From assembly GCA_964387845.1 (NCBI GenBank), contig CAYLXA010000003.1, positions 128,001 to 192,000 of the forward strand: DNA of 64,000 nt, read 5' to 3'. Position 1 is the first letter of the stretch, and each line of letters opens with the position of its first letter. Source of the stretch: an uncultured bacterium. GTDB taxonomy: Bacteria > Omnitrophota > Omnitrophia > Omnitrophales > Abzuiibacteriaceae. The position numbers and the translations under genes are program-made. The notes beneath the pieces are model-generated. The model saw only the letters and a list, made by a program, of their open reading frames with translations. It searched no databases and had not been told where the DNA came from. Below, piece after piece: positions 61,897 through 64,000 of the stretch.

Positions 61897-63096
61897 ATGC
61901 CGAAAACTATATCACCCAATCGGTTTAGCAAAATGAACAAAAAATGGACTAAAAACACCTCAAAATACCTTATTCCCGGCTGCTTGGCAATTTGCCTGCT
62001 TTTTTTGGTATCGGGCTGCGGCGAGAATAAAAATGGGGCCCCAATCGTTAAAATCGGCTGCGCAGCGCCCCTGACAGGCGATCAGGCACAAATCGGTATC
62101 GATATGTGCAACGGCGTGCGGCTTGCGATTGACCACGCAAACGAAAAGCAAATAGGAATCCCCGGCCACAAAATCGAAATATTTGCGCTCGATGACCAGC
62201 ATAATCCCGCGCAGGCCGTTAATGTTTCCAAAAAGTTTGTATCTGATTTGAATGTCGCAGCGGTTGTGGGCCATTTTAATTCAAGCTGCACAAAACCAAC
62301 CTCTGCGGTTTATCACGAAGCCGGCATGACGCAAATCACGCCCGCTTCAACCAATCCTGAATTATCCAAGCAGGGTTTCAAGACATTTTTCCGGATCGCC
62401 GCAACGGATGATGTGCAGGGCCCGAAAGGCGCCGAATTCGCGGCGCGCGAGCTCGGCGTAAAGAAAGTATTCATCATTGATGACAAAACCACTTACGGAA
62501 AAGGCCTTGCCGATGAATTTGAAAAGCGTGCGCGGTCGCTTGAGATCGAAGTTTTGGGCCACGAAGGTATTACGCAAGGCGATAAAGATTTCAAGCCGCT
62601 TTTAACAAAAATCAAGCCCTTAGCGCCGGATTTGATTTATTTCGGCGGTATTTATCCAGAAGGCGCTTTGCTTTTGAGGCAGGCGCGCTCGCTTGAACTC
62701 CCGGCGCCTTTTATGGGCGGCGACGGTATCGCGACTCCTATTTTCATTGAACTCGCGAGCCCGGCGTTAAGCGAAGGAACTTATGCGACGATGGTCGGCG
62801 GCGATATGAAAAAAGTGCCAAGTGCCGCAGAATTCATCAAATCTTATGAAGCGCGCTACGGAGAAATTGGCCAGTGGTCTGCGTATGGCTACGATGCGGC
62901 GAATATTTTGATTCAGGCGATCCAAAAAGCAGGCACGAAAGACCGCAAAGCGGTTTTGAAAGCAATGCGCGAATTTCCTTCCTTTCAGGGCGTCACAGGT
63001 GAGGTTGTTTTCGATAAACGCGGCGATAACGAGAAGCAATTTATCGGCGTTTTCAAAGTCGAGAACGGCAAACTGGTGTACGTAGGCCCCGCGTAA
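61897..63096 (+). CDS. Branched-chain amino-acid ABC transporter substrate-binding lipoprotein (LivJ/K-like)
   Basis: 399 aa; lipobox LVSGC; type I periplasmic binding fold. Confidence 0.8.
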   Translation: MPKTISPNRFSKMNKKWTKNTSKYLIPGCLAICLLFLVSGCGENKNGAPIVKIGCAAPLTGDQAQIGIDMCNGVRLAIDHANEKQIGIPGHKIEIFALDDQHNPAQAVNVSKKFVSDLNVAAVVGHFNSSCTKPTSAVYHEAGMTQITPASTNPELSKQGFKTFFRIAATDDVQGPKGAEFAARELGVKKVFIIDDKTTYGKGLADEFEKRARSLEIEVLGHEGITQGDKDFKPLLTKIKPLAPDLIYFGGIYPEGALLLRQARSLELPAPFMGGDGIATPIFIELASPALSEGTYATMVGGDMKKVPSAAEFIKSYEARYGEIGQWSAYGYDAANILIQAIQKAGTKDRKAVLKAMREFPSFQGVTGEVVFDKRGDNEKQFIGVFKVENGKLVYVGPA

Positions 63097-63107
63097 TTTC
63101 CAACCGT

Positions 63108-64000
63108 ATGGACGGCGTTTTCCTCCAGCAACTTGCAAACGGCCTCACAATCGGCATGATTTATGCGCTGATTGCGCTCGGCTATACGATGGTGTACGGC
63201 ATCGCCCAGCTCATCAATTTTGCGCACGGCGAAGTGTTTATGGTCGGCGCTTATCTCGGGCTTTTGGCGAACATGATTCTGCAGAGTTTTTTCCCGGATT
63301 CTCCCGAAACAATTTTTTTAGTGACCATTATTTTCATATTTTCGATGGCGGGCACCGGGCTTCTCGGAATCGTAATTGAACGTTTTGCTTATCGGCCGCT
63401 TCGGAACGCCCCTCGCCTCGCGCCGCTCATTACGGCGATCGGCGTTTCATTTTTGCTTCAAAATGCGGTCATGATTCTATTCGGGCCTCAGGACAGGCCT
63501 TTTCCGGGTTTAATTGAAGTCGAGACTTATAATTTTGCGGGCGTCACGATTACAAAACTTCAAATTTTAATCGCGGTTGTTTCCGTTGCGCTCATGCTGA
63601 TCCTGCATGGTTTCATTAAAAATACGCGCACCGGGAAAGCCATGCGCGCGCTGGCGGATGATTATCAGGCCGCAAGTCTCGTAGGCATTAACACCAACCG
63701 AACAATTGCAGCTGCATTTTTAATTGGCTCAAGTCTTGCCGGTGCAGGGGGTGTCATGTTCGGCATGTACTACAACACGATTAATTTTCACGACGGCTAT
63801 TTGGCGGGCCTCAAAGCATTCACGGCGGCTGTTCTGGGCGGAATAGGAAACATTCCGGGCGCCATGATTGGCGGGCTTTTGCTGGGCGTCTTGGAAGGCC
63901 TCGCGGCGGGTTATTTATCATCCGAATGGAAAAACGTGTTCGCGTTTTTTGTGTTGATCCTAATCCTGCTCTTCCGCCCATCAGGGCTCTTGGGATCGCG
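63108..64000 (+). CDS. livH: Branched-chain amino-acid ABC transporter permease (LivH-like), 3'-truncated by the window end
   Basis: Manual translation MDGVFLQQLANGLTIGMIYALIALGYTMVYG... is open to the window end. Confidence 0.8.
   Translation, partial: MDGVFLQQLANGLTIGMIYALIALGYTMVYGIAQLINFAHGEVFMVGAYLGLLANMILQSFFPDSPETIFLVTIIFIFSMAGTGLLGIVIERFAYRPLRNAPRLAPLITAIGVSFLLQNAVMILFGPQDRPFPGLIEVETYNFAGVTITKLQILIAVVSVALMLILHGFIKNTRTGKAMRALADDYQAASLVGINTNRTIAAAFLIGSSLAGAGGVMFGMYYNTINFHDGYLAGLKAFTAAVLGGIGNIPGAMIGGLLLGVLEGLAAGYLSSEWKNVFAFFVLILILLFRPSGLLGS

Overview
This window is the chromosomal replication-origin neighbourhood of a Gram-negative bacterium. Shine-Dalgarno sites, lipoproteins and outer-membrane barrels are present, GC content is mid-range, and the phylum cannot be assigned from sequence alone.

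Minus-strand housekeeping block: dnaA (17780-19141), dnaN, a DUF721 protein, gyrB, gyrA and serS, with no recF. serS is followed by tRNA-Ser(GCT) and tRNA-Ser(TGA), then a GT2-GT4-GT4 glycosyltransferase operon.

Divergent plus-strand block: a DnaA-box array (the likely oriC) lies between dnaA and rpmH, followed by rpmH-rnpA-yidD-yidC and mnmG (no mnmE). Two consensus parS sites precede parA-parB.

Further housekeeping genes: dnaX-recR (no ybaB), tadA divergent from its substrate tRNA-Arg(ACG), thrH, xth, dgkA, a ClC channel, dps, pfkA, a H+-pyrophosphatase, cspA, a signal-peptide KatG, msrB, rlmI and a Liv-type ABC transporter. Seven tRNAs are present, including all four tRNA-Ser isoacceptors plus tRNA-Arg and tRNA-Asn.

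No CRISPR array, rRNA gene or large unannotated defence-like gene is present.

The less ordinary signals are:
- three tRNA loci each carry a partial duplicate of the tRNA (5' or 3' fragment) next to GC-rich twin hairpins; at tRNA-Ser(CGA) the duplicate brackets a small GIY-YIG gene whose C-terminus is encoded by the tRNA;
- an A9 slippery run inside dnaX is positioned to generate a truncated gamma subunit;
- a roughly 380-nt GC-rich, highly structured non-coding island lies upstream of dnaX;
- a promoter, short transcript and intrinsic terminator unit sits upstream of cspA;
- an MBOAT / SGNH / small-membrane-protein / sulfatase cluster has a second, orphan SGNH paralogue elsewhere in the window.
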